Shown: positions 52,715-62,486, numbered from the stretch's first letter. The stretch: 64,000 bases of DNA from Tabrizicola sp. (GCF_022842145.1 NZ_JALHQD010000007.1:84441-148440); one strand, 5' to 3'. Notes: generated by a model from the letters alone, not told the origin. Made by a program: numbers and translations.

Positions 52715-55602
52715 GACAGGTCCTCCGGCACCGGGTCGGCAGTCAGGTCCCATTCGCCAAAGCGCGACAGGTGGTCGTAGTCGCTGGCGTCCCGCACCGA
52801 TTCCAGCGCGCGGCGGGCTGTGTAGCCCTGTCCGGGGCGGGCGTAGGCGGCGATCAGGCGGGTGAACTCGGCCCAGGTCTCTGCCACCTGGCCGGGCGAC
52901 AAGGGAATGTCGACCATCTTCAGCTCGGCCTTGAGGCCCACGTAAACCACCCGCGCGACCTCCTCTGCGTCCAGACCCTTGAAACCGCCGCCTTCCGCCA
53001 TCGCGGCCAGAAGGAGCAGCTGCTTGTCGAAGTGCTGCTGCTGCTTCGCCGATGGCGGATCGCCGGTCTTGTAGTCGATCAGAAGAAGCCGACCATCCTC
53101 CAGCCGGTCGATGCGGTCGGGCTTGCCGGTCAGCTTGAAATCCAGCCCCGGAAGCTGGACGGCTCCCTTTTCCTCGACCAAGACCGGGGTCCCTCCGGTC
53201 GTGGCAGAAAAGGCGAGGAAGGCATCGGCGGCCTTGGCGATGCGAGAAAGCCAGATGGTCCGGGCCAAGGGCCAGGCAACCTTTTCGGTGATCACGGCAT
53301 CGGCAATGGCCATCAGCGCGTCCCGCCCGCCACCGCCCCGGCGCAGGAAGATCTCCAGGATCTCGTGCAACACGACACCGCGCAGACGGGGGTCTGGCTC
53401 GGGCCGAAGCGGGTCCAGCGGTCGCAGCTTCAGCACATGGCGGGCATAGATCGCATAGGGATCGCGGATCAGGGTCTTGATCTCGGTCACCGACAGACGC
53501 TTGGGCCGCGCCTCGACCGGAGGCCTGGGGGCGGGGCGTTTCGCAGGCTCCGTGACTGGCGCACGGTCGAAGGCGGCGGCCTTGGCCAGCCAATCGTCGC
53601 CGCGCCGGATCATCGCGGCCAGCGCCTCTGGCCCCCGCCGTTCGGGCAGGCCCGCCATCAGGTTCACCAGCCGGTTCAGCCAGCGCGAGGGCACCGTTTC
53701 CGCTTCGGCCCCGCGCTTGGACCGCGACAGGACCACCCGCGGTGCGGCCACCGCCTGCTGGTAGTCATGCGCTGACAGGCCGATCCGGCGGTCCGGCAGC
53801 AACAACCCTGCCTCCTTCCGCATCGCGCGGTTCAGCCAGGGGTCGGGCGGTGGCTGTGCGGGCCAGGTGCCGTCATTGAGGCCGCCCAGAATGACGAGGT
53901 CCGCCCCCTGCACCCGGCTTTCCAACGTGCCCCAGATCATGATGTCGGGATGAACGCTTTCCGTCTCGCGGACTTCATGGCGCTGCAGGACACCCTGGAA
54001 GACGCCGACGTAATCCAAGGGAGACATCTCGCCCCCGGCATCGGCTTCGGCCTGCAACTCGGCCAACGCTTTCGCAGCCTCTTCCCCGGCCGCCTTGTCC
54101 CACAGCCCGCCCGCCCCGGTCTCGGCAAAGCCGCGCGCCAGGGTTTCGCTCAACGCCAGATGCAGCGCGACGAAATCGGCCAGCGGCATCCGGTCCATCT
54201 TTTCGTGCCCGCAAAGCGTACCGGCCACGATCCGCGCCCAGTCCACGGCGCGGTCGTGTTTCTGAGCTTCGGCCCAGGTCAGGATGCTGTCGGCCGTTGG
54301 GAAGGCGGGGCCGTGGCGGCGCAGGTGCAGTTCGAACTCGCGCGTGAGGATCAGGTGCGGGCCGCGACCGGGGCCAGAGAAGGCAAGCGGGTGCTTCAAC
54401 AGCGCCAAGAGCCCGTCACCGGTCAGCTTCTGGCCAAACAGCGCTGCCACCTGCCGCATCAGGCGACCGGGGGCGGAAAGCGCCAGCGGGCGACCTGCGG
54501 AATCGTCTGGCCGGATGCCCCAGCGGTCCAAGGCGGCGGTAACGCGGCGGGTCAGATTGCGGTCGGGGGTAACCAGGGCGGCACGGGTCCCGTCCTCTGC
54601 CGCCTGGCGCAGGATAAGCGCGATCGCCAAAGCCTCGGTCCGTTCACTGGGCGCTTCAAGCAGTGTCACGGCGTCGGTCGCGGGCAGGAGGTCGGGCAAC
54701 AGCGGCCCCTCGGCCAGCCATTGATCGGTGATCGGCGCGGGGCGTAGCGACAGTGAAATCAGGCGGTTGCGGTCTGGCGCCGGGGGCTGGGTCGTCGTCC
54801 AGCGCCGGATATCGGTCGGGCCGCAGTCCAGCATGTCCATCAGCTTGCGATAGCGGTATTGCGGGTGATCCTCGGCGGTGAGCGCGTCGCCCATGCTGTC
54901 CCAGACCGTCGCCGGCATGTCGAAGTCGAACCCCGGCAGCACCACGGCTCCGGCGGGCATGCGCATCAACACCTGCATCAGAAGCGCCGTCGTCCCACGC
55001 GAGCCGGTGGACCCTGCCAGGATCACCGGGTGCTGCGGCGGCGTCTGCGTCCATGTCTCCCCCAAGGCATCGACCGATTGCCGCAAGACGGCTTCGGCGT
55101 CCGCGGATTCCCCCGCCAGCACCTGCGACACGATCGCCAGAAAAGCCTGCATGCGCGCCCAGTGGGCAGAATGGTTGGCAACGTCGAGTGCGGCGATCCG
55201 GCCGGGAGTGACGCCTTCGCCCTGCATCTCCTCCATCAACGCGGCCAGGCTGTCGGACAGATCGTAAAGCGCGGTGCGGGGAAAATGGGTGGTACCGGCC
55301 GTCAGAAGGCCGTCCAGCAGGACCGACAGCTGCAACCGACGCCGCAGCGGCGAGATCGGGCGCGGCAGGGTCAGGTTGGCCAGCGCGGCCACCTCGGTCA
55401 CCAGCAGGATCCGTGGCAGGAGGAGCGCACCCTTGGTCTGCAGGACCTCGGTCACCCGCCGCCGCATCCGCTGGGTGTTGACGATCAGCGTGACCCGCGC
55501 CAGCGCTTCGGGTGTCTGACCCGCCATCCGGTCCATAAGCCCCGCGACCAGTTCGGCAGGGAAATCGGCGCCGGGCGGCAGGGCGTAAAGCATGTCAACC
55601 AT
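52711..55602 (-). CDS. addB: double-strand break repair protein AddB
   Basis: About 960 aa with a C-terminal nuclease motif LLLIDYKTG, paired with addA. Start at 55602 or 55593. Confidence 0.9.
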   Translation of the reverse strand: MVDMLYALPPGADFPAELVAGLMDRMAGQTPEALARVTLIVNTQRMRRRVTEVLQTKGALLLPRILLVTEVAALANLTLPRPISPLRRRLQLSVLLDGLLTAGTTHFPRTALYDLSDSLAALMEEMQGEGVTPGRIAALDVANHSAHWARMQAFLAIVSQVLAGESADAEAVLRQSVDALGETWTQTPPQHPVILAGSTGSRGTTALLMQVLMRMPAGAVVLPGFDFDMPATVWDSMGDALTAEDHPQYRYRKLMDMLDCGPTDIRRWTTTQPPAPDRNRLISLSLRPAPITDQWLAEGPLLPDLLPATDAVTLLEAPSERTEALAIALILRQAAEDGTRAALVTPDRNLTRRVTAALDRWGIRPDDSAGRPLALSAPGRLMRQVAALFGQKLTGDGLLALLKHPLAFSGPGRGPHLILTREFELHLRRHGPAFPTADSILTWAEAQKHDRAVDWARIVAGTLCGHEKMDRMPLADFVALHLALSETLARGFAETGAGGLWDKAAGEEAAKALAELQAEADAGGEMSPLDYVGVFQGVLQRHEVRETESVHPDIMIWGTLESRVQGADLVILGGLNDGTWPAQPPPDPWLNRAMRKEAGLLLPDRRIGLSAHDYQQAVAAPRVVLSRSKRGAEAETVPSRWLNRLVNLMAGLPERRGPEALAAMIRRGDDWLAKAAAFDRAPVTEPAKRPAPRPPVEARPKRLSVTEIKTLIRDPYAIYARHVLKLRPLDPLRPEPDPRLRGVVLHEILEIFLRRGGGGRDALMAIADAVITEKVAWPLARTIWLSRIAKAADAFLAFSATTGGTPVLVEEKGAVQLPGLDFKLTGKPDRIDRLEDGRLLLIDYKTGDPPSAKQQQHFDKQLLLLAAMAEGGGFKGLDAEEVARVVYVGLKAELKMVDIPLSPGQVAETWAEFTRLIAAYARPGQGYTARRALESVRDASDYDHLSRFGEWDLTADPVPEDLS

Positions 55603-56299
55603 GCCGGGTAGAGTGGAGGAGCCGTTCCGCCTCGGCAATCCCCTCCGGGTGGCCCACGTCGCACCACCCGCCGTCGTGAACCAAGCCGAAGGCGGTACCG
55701 TCAGCGATCATCTCGGTCCAGGTTCTGTTCAGCCCGAAGGCGCTGTCGGGCGTGGCCGCGATACGGTCAGTCAACAGGATCTGCGCGCCGATGTAGACAT
55801 GGTCCTCACCGCCTGCGCCCCGGCTGATCCGGCCGTCGGGTGCCAGGCTGAAATCGCCTTTCGGACCATGTGCCAGCGTGCGGTCGAGGGGCAACAGAAG
55901 AAGCAGCGCCTCCATCCTTTCCGGGTCCCAGGCGTGCGCCAACTGGGCCAGCGGATTGGCTCCGGTCCAGATGCCGTCGCTGTTCAGGATCGCCACTGGC
56001 CCGTCGCCCAAGAGCGGCAGAGCGGCCTTCAGACCCCCGCCGGTTTCAAGGATGCGGTCGGCTTCGTGGCTGATCCGCACAGCGCGTCCCGCAAGGTGGG
56101 CAGCCATCTGGTCGGCCTTGTAATGCGTGTTGACCACCGTCCGCGTCACTCCCGCCTGTGCGCCAATTTCCAGCGCATGGTCGATCAGCGGTTTGCCCGC
56201 GACCGGGATCAGCGGCTTCGGACGGTCTTGCGTCAGCGCCCCCATCCGGGTGCCGAAACCGGCGGCGAAAACCATCAGCGGGAAGGGGAAGCCGGGCAT
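55595..56299 (-). CDS. nucleotidyltransferase family protein (MurU-like MurNAc-1-P uridylyltransferase)
   Basis: MVFAAGFGTRMGALTQDRPKPLIPVAGKPLIDH is the sugar-1-P nucleotidyltransferase motif. Start at 56299 or 56275 (TGATG overlap). Confidence 0.8.
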   Translation of the reverse strand: MPGFPFPLMVFAAGFGTRMGALTQDRPKPLIPVAGKPLIDHALEIGAQAGVTRTVVNTHYKADQMAAHLAGRAVRISHEADRILETGGGLKAALPLLGDGPVAILNSDGIWTGANPLAQLAHAWDPERMEALLLLLPLDRTLAHGPKGDFSLAPDGRISRGAGGEDHVYIGAQILLTDRIAATPDSAFGLNRTWTEMIADGTAFGLVHDGGWCDVGHPEGIAEAERLLHSTRHG

Positions 56300-57294
56300 T
56301 GCTGTTCGATCTTCTGCAGGATGTCGGGGGTCGGCGCGGGGAGAAGGTCGTCGCAGATCGCGCGCAGTTCGGCAAGGGCGGGGTGGGCAAGGTTGGCCTG
56401 CAACTGGCCCCAGACGCGGGGGATCAGGCGCAGATAGCCGGGTTTCCCGGCAACGAGGCAAAGCCGGACAAAGACACCCAGAATGCGCAGCGCCCTTTGC
56501 GCGCCAAGCGTCGCATATTGTGCGGCGAACGCCTGCGGGTTTGCGCCCGTGGCGGCGGCAAAGCGCGCGATCATCGCGGCCTCGGTCCCGCGCGAGACAT
56601 CGCGGCGCGCGTCCTGCAACAGCGAGACGAGGTCATAGCCGGGCTGGCCCATCTGACCCAGCTGGAAGTCCAGAAGCCCCACGCGTTTCAGCCCCGCGCG
56701 ACCGGGAAGCCAGAGCAGGTTCTCGGCATGGTAGTCGCGCAGGATCAGCACGCGCGGCCCATCGGCATGGGCCTGCAGGGCGGCGGTCAAGCCGCTCAGA
56801 AATGCTGCAGGGTCCGGCTTTCGACCCGTCGCGGCAAAGGCGTACCAGTCCAGGGCGAACCCGGCGGCGGTCGCCCAGTCTTCGGCCGACAGATTGACAA
56901 GGGCGCAAGGAGCGGCAGCCTGTTGCAGATGCACAAGGACGTCCACGGCGGGGGCGTAAAGCTCGGCCTCGCGGGCGGGGTCGGCCTGCAAGAGACGGGC
57001 ATAAAGGTCGTCGCCCAGGTCTTCCAGCAAAAGGAACCCCCGGGAAAGATCCTCGGCCAGGATCGCGGGGGCAGAGAGGCCAAGGCCGCTCAGGTGGCGG
57101 GCCATTGCCGAAAACGCGGCAGGGTCGTCCGCTCCGCCGGGTGGGTTGTCCATCAGAACGGCGGTGGCAGCCGCAAGACGCAGGCGTTCGTAGCGGCGAT
57201 CCGAAGCGTCGCCGGCCAGATGCCTGCGCTCGGCCGCACCCCATCCGGCCGCGGCGAGGAAGGCCGCGATTTCCGACGCGCGTTCAGTCATCAC
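56275..57294 (-). CDS. aminoglycoside phosphotransferase-fold kinase (AmgK-like)
   Basis: 339 aa. ...LAGDASDRRYERLR...LRDYHAENLLWL...GLLDFQ APH-fold motifs, lying between tsaE and the nucleotidyltransferase gene. Confidence 0.8.
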   Translation of the reverse strand: MMTERASEIAAFLAAAGWGAAERRHLAGDASDRRYERLRLAAATAVLMDNPPGGADDPAAFSAMARHLSGLGLSAPAILAEDLSRGFLLLEDLGDDLYARLLQADPAREAELYAPAVDVLVHLQQAAAPCALVNLSAEDWATAAGFALDWYAFAATGRKPDPAAFLSGLTAALQAHADGPRVLILRDYHAENLLWLPGRAGLKRVGLLDFQLGQMGQPGYDLVSLLQDARRDVSRGTEAAMIARFAAATGANPQAFAAQYATLGAQRALRILGVFVRLCLVAGKPGYLRLIPRVWGQLQANLAHPALAELRAICDDLLPAPTPDILQKIEQQCPASPSR

Positions 57295-57745
57295 TCAGGG
57301 CCTGTGCCAGACCTTCGCGCCCGCCGGAAATCACTGCGCGGCGGCTGTCGTCGCCGGCCGCCTCCAACCGGATGCGAAGGGCCAGCGGTGGCACATGCGC
57401 ACCCAGGCGGTCAGGCCATTCGACAAGGCAGATCGAGGTCAGGAAGGCATCGTCGAGGCCCAGTTCCCAAACCTCGTCGGGATGCGTCAGCCGGTAAAGG
57501 TCGGCGTGCCAGATCTCGACGCCAGCAGCCTCGTAGACCTGGACCAGCGTGAAGCTGGGGGAGGGGACCTCTTCCTCTCGGCCCAGGCGGGCGCGGATGA
57601 ACGCGCGGGCCAGGGAGCTTTTCCCGGCGCCAATCGGGCCCTCCAGCAGGATCACGTCGCCGGGTCTGGCCAGACCTGACAGGCGGCGGCCCAGCGCCTC
57701 GGTTTCGGCGGTTGTGGGAAGGAACAGGGTCAGATCACCAGACAT
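57284..57745 (-). CDS. tsaE: tRNA t6A37 biosynthesis ATPase TsaE
   Basis: 153 aa. ILLEGPIGAGKSSLARAFIR...TSPSFTLVQVYE...HADLYRL. Confidence 0.9.
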   Translation of the reverse strand: MSGDLTLFLPTTAETEALGRRLSGLARPGDVILLEGPIGAGKSSLARAFIRARLGREEEVPSPSFTLVQVYEAAGVEIWHADLYRLTHPDEVWELGLDDAFLTSICLVEWPDRLGAHVPPLALRIRLEAAGDDSRRAVISGGREGLAQALSDD

Positions 57746-57782
57746 GGCGCGACTGTAGCGGCACGTCGGGCCACCGCAACCC

Positions 57783-59348
57783 TCAGGCCGACAGGAGCCC
57801 CATCGTGCCCGTGTCGCGGACCGAACTGAAACTTACCGACGCCTGCAGCCGAAAGGTGATCAGGGTCGCCCCGCCGGTCAACGGGCGGAAGCGGCACATG
57901 ACAAGGCGACCGTCCAGAAGGCGCACCTCCCCCTCCCAGGGGGTGCGGTCGCCAGAGGTGGTCACATAATCGACCGCGTCGTCCCAGAGCAGCGTCGGTG
58001 CGGCATGTTCCCGCCACCAGGCGCAAAGGGTCGACACGCTGGCCTCGGACAGAAGGACCTGCGGGTCGTGCTGCCAAAGCTGCGCATAGGCGTGGTTCGA
58101 CATCACCAGCTGACCGCCCTGGGAAAAGACGGCCACCGCGTCCTCGACCGCGTCGATCACCGACTGTCCCAGTTCCACATCGGCGCGGTAGCGGCGCGTC
58201 CGGGACATTTCGTGCGAGATGTCCTCGAACATGAAGGCCAGCGCGCCGTTCGGATGCGGGCGACCGATCACGCGGTAGGTCTGGCCGCCCGGCAGGCTCC
58301 AGGTTTCCTCGAAAAGACCCATCGTCGCTTCTTCCTCCAGCCGGGTAAGTTGTTTGCGCCAGCTGCGGTAATCGCGGGGTTCCGGGATCATCGCCTTGGC
58401 GCGCATCGCATCCAGAAAGGCGTTCAGCGTCGGGCGCGAGATCAGGAATTCGGGGGCCAGCATCGTCAGATCAGCCAGCGCCGGGTTGAACATCTGCAAA
58501 GCCCGCGAGCGGTCGAAGATCGCAAGACCGATCGGCAGGTCTGCAAAGGTCTTGGTCAGGGTCTGCATGAATTCGCGGAGAGCGGTTTCCGCCTGCACAG
58601 CCTTGTCGGCCGCCAGCGCGTAGCACAGCGTTTCCTCGCCCGAGGCCATCCGCACCAGGTCGAACCATTCCGGCCCGCTGGGCAACTGCAACTTCAGCCG
58701 CGGCAGGCGGCCCTTGCCCGGGTCATGATCGAAAAGCTTCGGCAGCGGCCAGGACAGATCCTCGCCCTCGGGCAGAAGTTCGACTGCGCGGATCAGATAG
58801 GCGTGATTCGCCCAGATCACGCTGCCATCCAAGGCTTCCTTCCAGATCAGCACCGGGGCGCGGGACAAAACAGCGCGCTGGGCGACCACTTCCTGCTGCA
58901 AGGCCGCCGCGGTGGCCCCATCGCCACGCTCGGCCCGGTCGTCCTGTCCGCCTTCGACCGTAAGCCGGGTCAGGCCCGAGACATTCTCGGCCTTCAGAAC
59001 CAGCACCGGAGAGACGCCGGGCAGCGATGGGATCAAGAGCTGACCAGACCGGGGCAAACTTGCCAAGCGTTCGGAAAGGTTGGGAAACTCCGGTGCAAAG
59101 CGGGCAAGAAGCCGGGCCCAGGCGCGGCTGTCCTCGCCTTCCGGCAACAGGGCGCGCGCGGCTGGGGAGGCGTCAACCAGTCGGTCCCCGTCGAAGAGGT
59201 AGGCGATGCGGGCCGGGGACTGGTCGAAGATGCTGGCCGCGCGGGCCGGGCGGCGGGATTGCCAGGCTGTGATCAGCAGCAGCGCCGACATCGCGACCAA
59301 GAACGCAGTCAGCACGCTGCCCACCATCATCGACCATTCGCCCGTCAT
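57783..59348 (-). CDS. membrane-anchored multi-PAS-domain protein without recognisable output domain
   Basis: One TM helix (MMVGSVLTAFLVAMSALLLITAW), then three PAS-like segments (e.g. LPIGLAIFDRSRALQMFNPALADL; VEDAVAVFSQGGQLVMSNHAYAQLW). I saw no H-box or HATPase motifs. Confidence 0.7.
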   Translation of the reverse strand: MTGEWSMMVGSVLTAFLVAMSALLLITAWQSRRPARAASIFDQSPARIAYLFDGDRLVDASPAARALLPEGEDSRAWARLLARFAPEFPNLSERLASLPRSGQLLIPSLPGVSPVLVLKAENVSGLTRLTVEGGQDDRAERGDGATAAALQQEVVAQRAVLSRAPVLIWKEALDGSVIWANHAYLIRAVELLPEGEDLSWPLPKLFDHDPGKGRLPRLKLQLPSGPEWFDLVRMASGEETLCYALAADKAVQAETALREFMQTLTKTFADLPIGLAIFDRSRALQMFNPALADLTMLAPEFLISRPTLNAFLDAMRAKAMIPEPRDYRSWRKQLTRLEEEATMGLFEETWSLPGGQTYRVIGRPHPNGALAFMFEDISHEMSRTRRYRADVELGQSVIDAVEDAVAVFSQGGQLVMSNHAYAQLWQHDPQVLLSEASVSTLCAWWREHAAPTLLWDDAVDYVTTSGDRTPWEGEVRLLDGRLVMCRFRPLTGGATLITFRLQASVSFSSVRDTGTMGLLSA

Positions 59349-59419
59349 CTTTACCCCCGGAGCTTCACCCGTCCAGGGCAGCCTAGGCCGCAACCGGTTA
59401 ATTGCCCGTTAACTGCGCT

Positions 59420-60811
59420 TCACCCTTCGATCCGGATGTTCTCGCCTAGGCCGCCCGGGGTAAGCGGGGCGACGATTTCGGCGGCGTCCCATACCGCCTC
59501 GACCACGGCACCGGAGCGTTCGGGGCGATCCGAAGCCGCCAGGAAAGGATCGGTCGCGTTGGCAAAGGAAAGCTCGGCGCCCGACCGTTCCAGAAGGGTC
59601 TTGGCGATAAAGAGCCCAAGCCCCATACCCTCATAGCCGGGCCGCTTTTCGGGCTCGGGATCGTTGCGCCGCGCGCGGACGAAAGGGTCGCCGATGCGGC
59701 CGATCAGGCCCGCCGGGAAACCGTCGCCGTCGTCCGTGATCCGGACGACGATCCTGCGCGCCGTCCATTCGCCTTCGACCCAGACGGCAGAGCGCGCAAA
59801 GTCCACGGCGTTCTGCACGAGGTTGCGCAGCCCGTGGATCACTTCGGGCCGGCGCAGGATCACGGGTTGCTCGGCATCGCCGTCCTGAATGGCCGCAAAA
59901 CTGAATTCGACACGCTTGCCCCGGGCTAGATGCGGCTCGGCGGCTTCGCGGACCACGGCGGACAGGGGTGCCTGCCGCAGGTGAAGGTCATCCTTCCCGG
60001 CCCGCCCCATGTCGCGCAGAATGTCGCGGCACCGGTCGGCCTGCTCGCGGATCAGGCGGGCGTCATCCTGCAGGTCAGGGTGGGCGTCCAGTTCCGAGAT
60101 CAACTCGGCGCTGACCAACTTGATGGTCGCAAGCGGCGTCCCAAGCTCATGAGCGGCGGCGGCGACCACGCCAGCCAGGTCGGTAAGCTTCTGTTCCCGG
60201 GCCAGCGCCATCTGCGTGGCAAGCAAGGCTTCGGACATTGACCGCATTTCGGTCGCCACACGGCGCGAGTAAAGGCCCAGAAACAGGATGCCGATGACGA
60301 TGGACAGCCAGAAGCCGAAGGCGAAGATGCCGGGGATCACCAGCGCACTGCCATCGACGAAGCGGAGCGGCAGATACCAGACCGTTGCCGTCGAGACGGC
60401 CAGAATAGCCAGCGTCCCCAGCACCACGGTGTAGCGCAGCCGCAGAACCGAGGCCGAGATCGTGACGGGGGCCAGCACAAGGATCGCGAACGGGTTGGTC
60501 AGCCCGCCGGTCAGGAACAACAGGAAGGCAAGCTGGCCAAGATCGAAAAGCAGGGTCAGGAAGGCCTCGCCCTCGGTCAGCCGCCGGTTCTGGGGAAACA
60601 GCATGATCAGGACAAGGTTCGCCAGCACCGACAAGCCGACCGCCAGCATGCAAAGCCCCAAAGGCAGTTGCAGCCCGTAGACCTGGCTTGCCACCAGAAT
60701 CGCCGCCACCTGCCCGGTGATCGCCATCCAGCGCAGCAGGATCAGCGTGCGCTGGCGGACCATGTGCGCCCCGACGTCGGTGATCTGGAAGCCTGCAAAT
60801 GCCGGAGTCAT
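59420..60811 (-). CDS. regB: redox-responsive sensor histidine kinase RegB/PrrB
   Basis: 463 aa from the ATG at 60811. RLRTLILLRWMAITGQ-type N-terminus, six TM helices, H-box AAAHELGTPLATI, and HATPase N and G boxes. Confidence 0.9.
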   Translation of the reverse strand: MTPAFAGFQITDVGAHMVRQRTLILLRWMAITGQVAAILVASQVYGLQLPLGLCMLAVGLSVLANLVLIMLFPQNRRLTEGEAFLTLLFDLGQLAFLLFLTGGLTNPFAILVLAPVTISASVLRLRYTVVLGTLAILAVSTATVWYLPLRFVDGSALVIPGIFAFGFWLSIVIGILFLGLYSRRVATEMRSMSEALLATQMALAREQKLTDLAGVVAAAAHELGTPLATIKLVSAELISELDAHPDLQDDARLIREQADRCRDILRDMGRAGKDDLHLRQAPLSAVVREAAEPHLARGKRVEFSFAAIQDGDAEQPVILRRPEVIHGLRNLVQNAVDFARSAVWVEGEWTARRIVVRITDDGDGFPAGLIGRIGDPFVRARRNDPEPEKRPGYEGMGLGLFIAKTLLERSGAELSFANATDPFLAASDRPERSGAVVEAVWDAAEIVAPLTPGGLGENIRIEG

Positions 60812-60903
60812 GCTGTGACCCGTTGTCCTTGTCTGGGGTTTGCCATTGTTAAGGGTGCCACCATCTGAGATCAATGCGACCCGACAGCCACAGGAGACCC
60901 GCA

Positions 60904-61530
60904 ATGACCAAGCTTTACGCCGGAGTAGCCGCCGCTGCGGTTGCGGCTTTCCTTGGCTTCATGACCTGGATGGTCGTCTATGACCGACCCGACGACGCCT
61001 ATGCGCAGTGCCGGCAGGGCCAATTCGCGGGCGGCGACATTGGCGGGCCTTTCACTCTGGTCAACACCTCGGGCCAGACCGTAACCGATACGGAGGTGCT
61101 GACGAAGCCCAGCCTCGTCTATTTCGGCTACACCTTCTGCCCGGATGTCTGCCCGCTGGACATGGCGCGCAACGTCGAGGCCGTCGACCTTCTGGAGGAG
61201 CAAGGTCTGGATGTCTCCCCCGTCTTCATTTCCATCGACCCCGAGCGCGACACACCGGATGTCTTGAAGGATTATGCGTCGAACATGCATCCCAGGCTGA
61301 TTGCCCTGACCGGAACGGCTGACCAGGTCAAGGCGGCCGCGCAGGCTTACAAGACCGTCTACAAGAAACGCGAGACGGGCGACGAATTCTATCTGATGGA
61401 CCACATGACTTTCACTTATCTTATGCTTCCGGGCGAAGGCTTTGTGGATTTCTTCCGCCGGGAGATTACCTCAGAGAAGATGGCGGAAAGCGTTGCTTGT
61501 TTCGTTCAGGCAAGCAAAGCTGCGCCCTAA
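60904..61530 (+). CDS. senC: SCO-family copper chaperone SenC/PrrC
   Basis: TM anchor, then FGYTFCPDVCP (the CxxxCP copper motif) ...DHMTFTYLM. Sits between regB and regA. Confidence 0.9.
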   Translation: MTKLYAGVAAAAVAAFLGFMTWMVVYDRPDDAYAQCRQGQFAGGDIGGPFTLVNTSGQTVTDTEVLTKPSLVYFGYTFCPDVCPLDMARNVEAVDLLEEQGLDVSPVFISIDPERDTPDVLKDYASNMHPRLIALTGTADQVKAAAQAYKTVYKKRETGDEFYLMDHMTFTYLMLPGEGFVDFFRREITSEKMAESVACFVQASKAAP

Positions 61531-61550
61531 GTCTGGAAGCAGGGAAGACC

Positions 61551-62102
61551 ATGACGGAAGAGCCAATCGACCTCGGGCCGGACCCGACGCTGCTGTTGGT
61601 CGACGATGACGAGCCATTTGTGAAGCGGCTTGCCAAGGCGATGGAAAAGCGCGGGTTCGTGACCGAGACAGCGCAAAGCGTGGCCGAGGGCAGGGCAAAG
61701 GCAATTGCGCGGCCCCCTGCCTACGCCGTGGTCGACTTGCGGCTCGAGGACGGCAATGGCCTGGAAGTGATCGAGACGCTGCGCGAAAAGCGCCCCACCT
61801 GCCGGATCGTGGTGCTGACCGGCTATGGTGCCATTGCGACGGCGGTGGCGGCGGTGAAGATCGGGGCAATCGATTATCTGTCCAAGCCCGCGGATGCCAA
61901 TGACGTGACGAATGCGCTGCTGGCGCGGGGCGGCAACCTGCCGCTTCTGTCGGAAAATCCGATGTCCGCCGACCGCGTTCGCTGGGAACATATCCAGCGC
62001 GTTTATGAAATGTGCGAGCGAAATGTATCCGAGACCGCGCGGCGGCTTTCGATGCATCGGCGGACGCTGCAGCGGATTCTGGCAAAAAGAAGCCCGAAGT
62101 AA
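61551..62102 (+). CDS. regA: redox response regulator RegA/PrrA
   Basis: 183 aa. LLLVDDDEPF...VVDLRLEDGNGL receiver domain and a C-terminal Fis-type HTH (NVSETARRLSMHRRTLQRILAKR). Confidence 0.95.
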   Translation: MTEEPIDLGPDPTLLLVDDDEPFVKRLAKAMEKRGFVTETAQSVAEGRAKAIARPPAYAVVDLRLEDGNGLEVIETLREKRPTCRIVVLTGYGAIATAVAAVKIGAIDYLSKPADANDVTNALLARGGNLPLLSENPMSADRVRWEHIQRVYEMCERNVSETARRLSMHRRTLQRILAKRSPK

Positions 62103-62171
62103 CATCAATTGTTGCGCATATGGTCTTTCAGGCCTATTGATGTCCCGTCTTTATCCGAGGGGGATCAGACA

Positions 62172-62486
62172 TTGAACCTGGACTTGAATAGCCTGTCCCT
62201 GAAAGAGCTGAAGGATCTGCAATCGCAGGTAGCAAAGGCGCTTTCGGGATATGAAGATCGCCGCAAGCGCGACGCGCTGGCGGAACTGGAAGAGAAAGCC
62301 AAGGCAATGGGCTTTTCGTTGGCCGAGTTGACGGGGGTCACGGCCACGCGCAAACGCTCTCCGTCGGTGGCGAAGTACGCCAATCCGGCGAACAAGGCCG
62401 ATACCTGGTCGGGCCGCGGGCGCAAGCCGCGCTGGTTCTCGGAAGCCTTGGCCAAGGGCAGGAAGCCTGAAGATCTGGCGCTCTGA
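62172..62486 (+). CDS. hvrA: H-NS-like nucleoid protein (HvrA/Spb-like)
   Basis: 104 aa. N-terminal coiled coil LSLKELKDLQSQV and the C-terminal H-NS DNA-binding motif TWSGRGRKPRW. Probable TTG start at 62172, 7 nt after GAGGGGGA. Confidence 0.8.
   Translation: MNLDLNSLSLKELKDLQSQVAKALSGYEDRRKRDALAELEEKAKAMGFSLAELTGVTATRKRSPSVAKYANPANKADTWSGRGRKPRWFSEALAKGRKPEDLAL

Noticed and set aside
58005-59636. 543-aa plus-strand ORF antisense to the PAS protein and the regB 3' end
   Set aside because: Shadow-frame composition, and it spans an intergenic gap.
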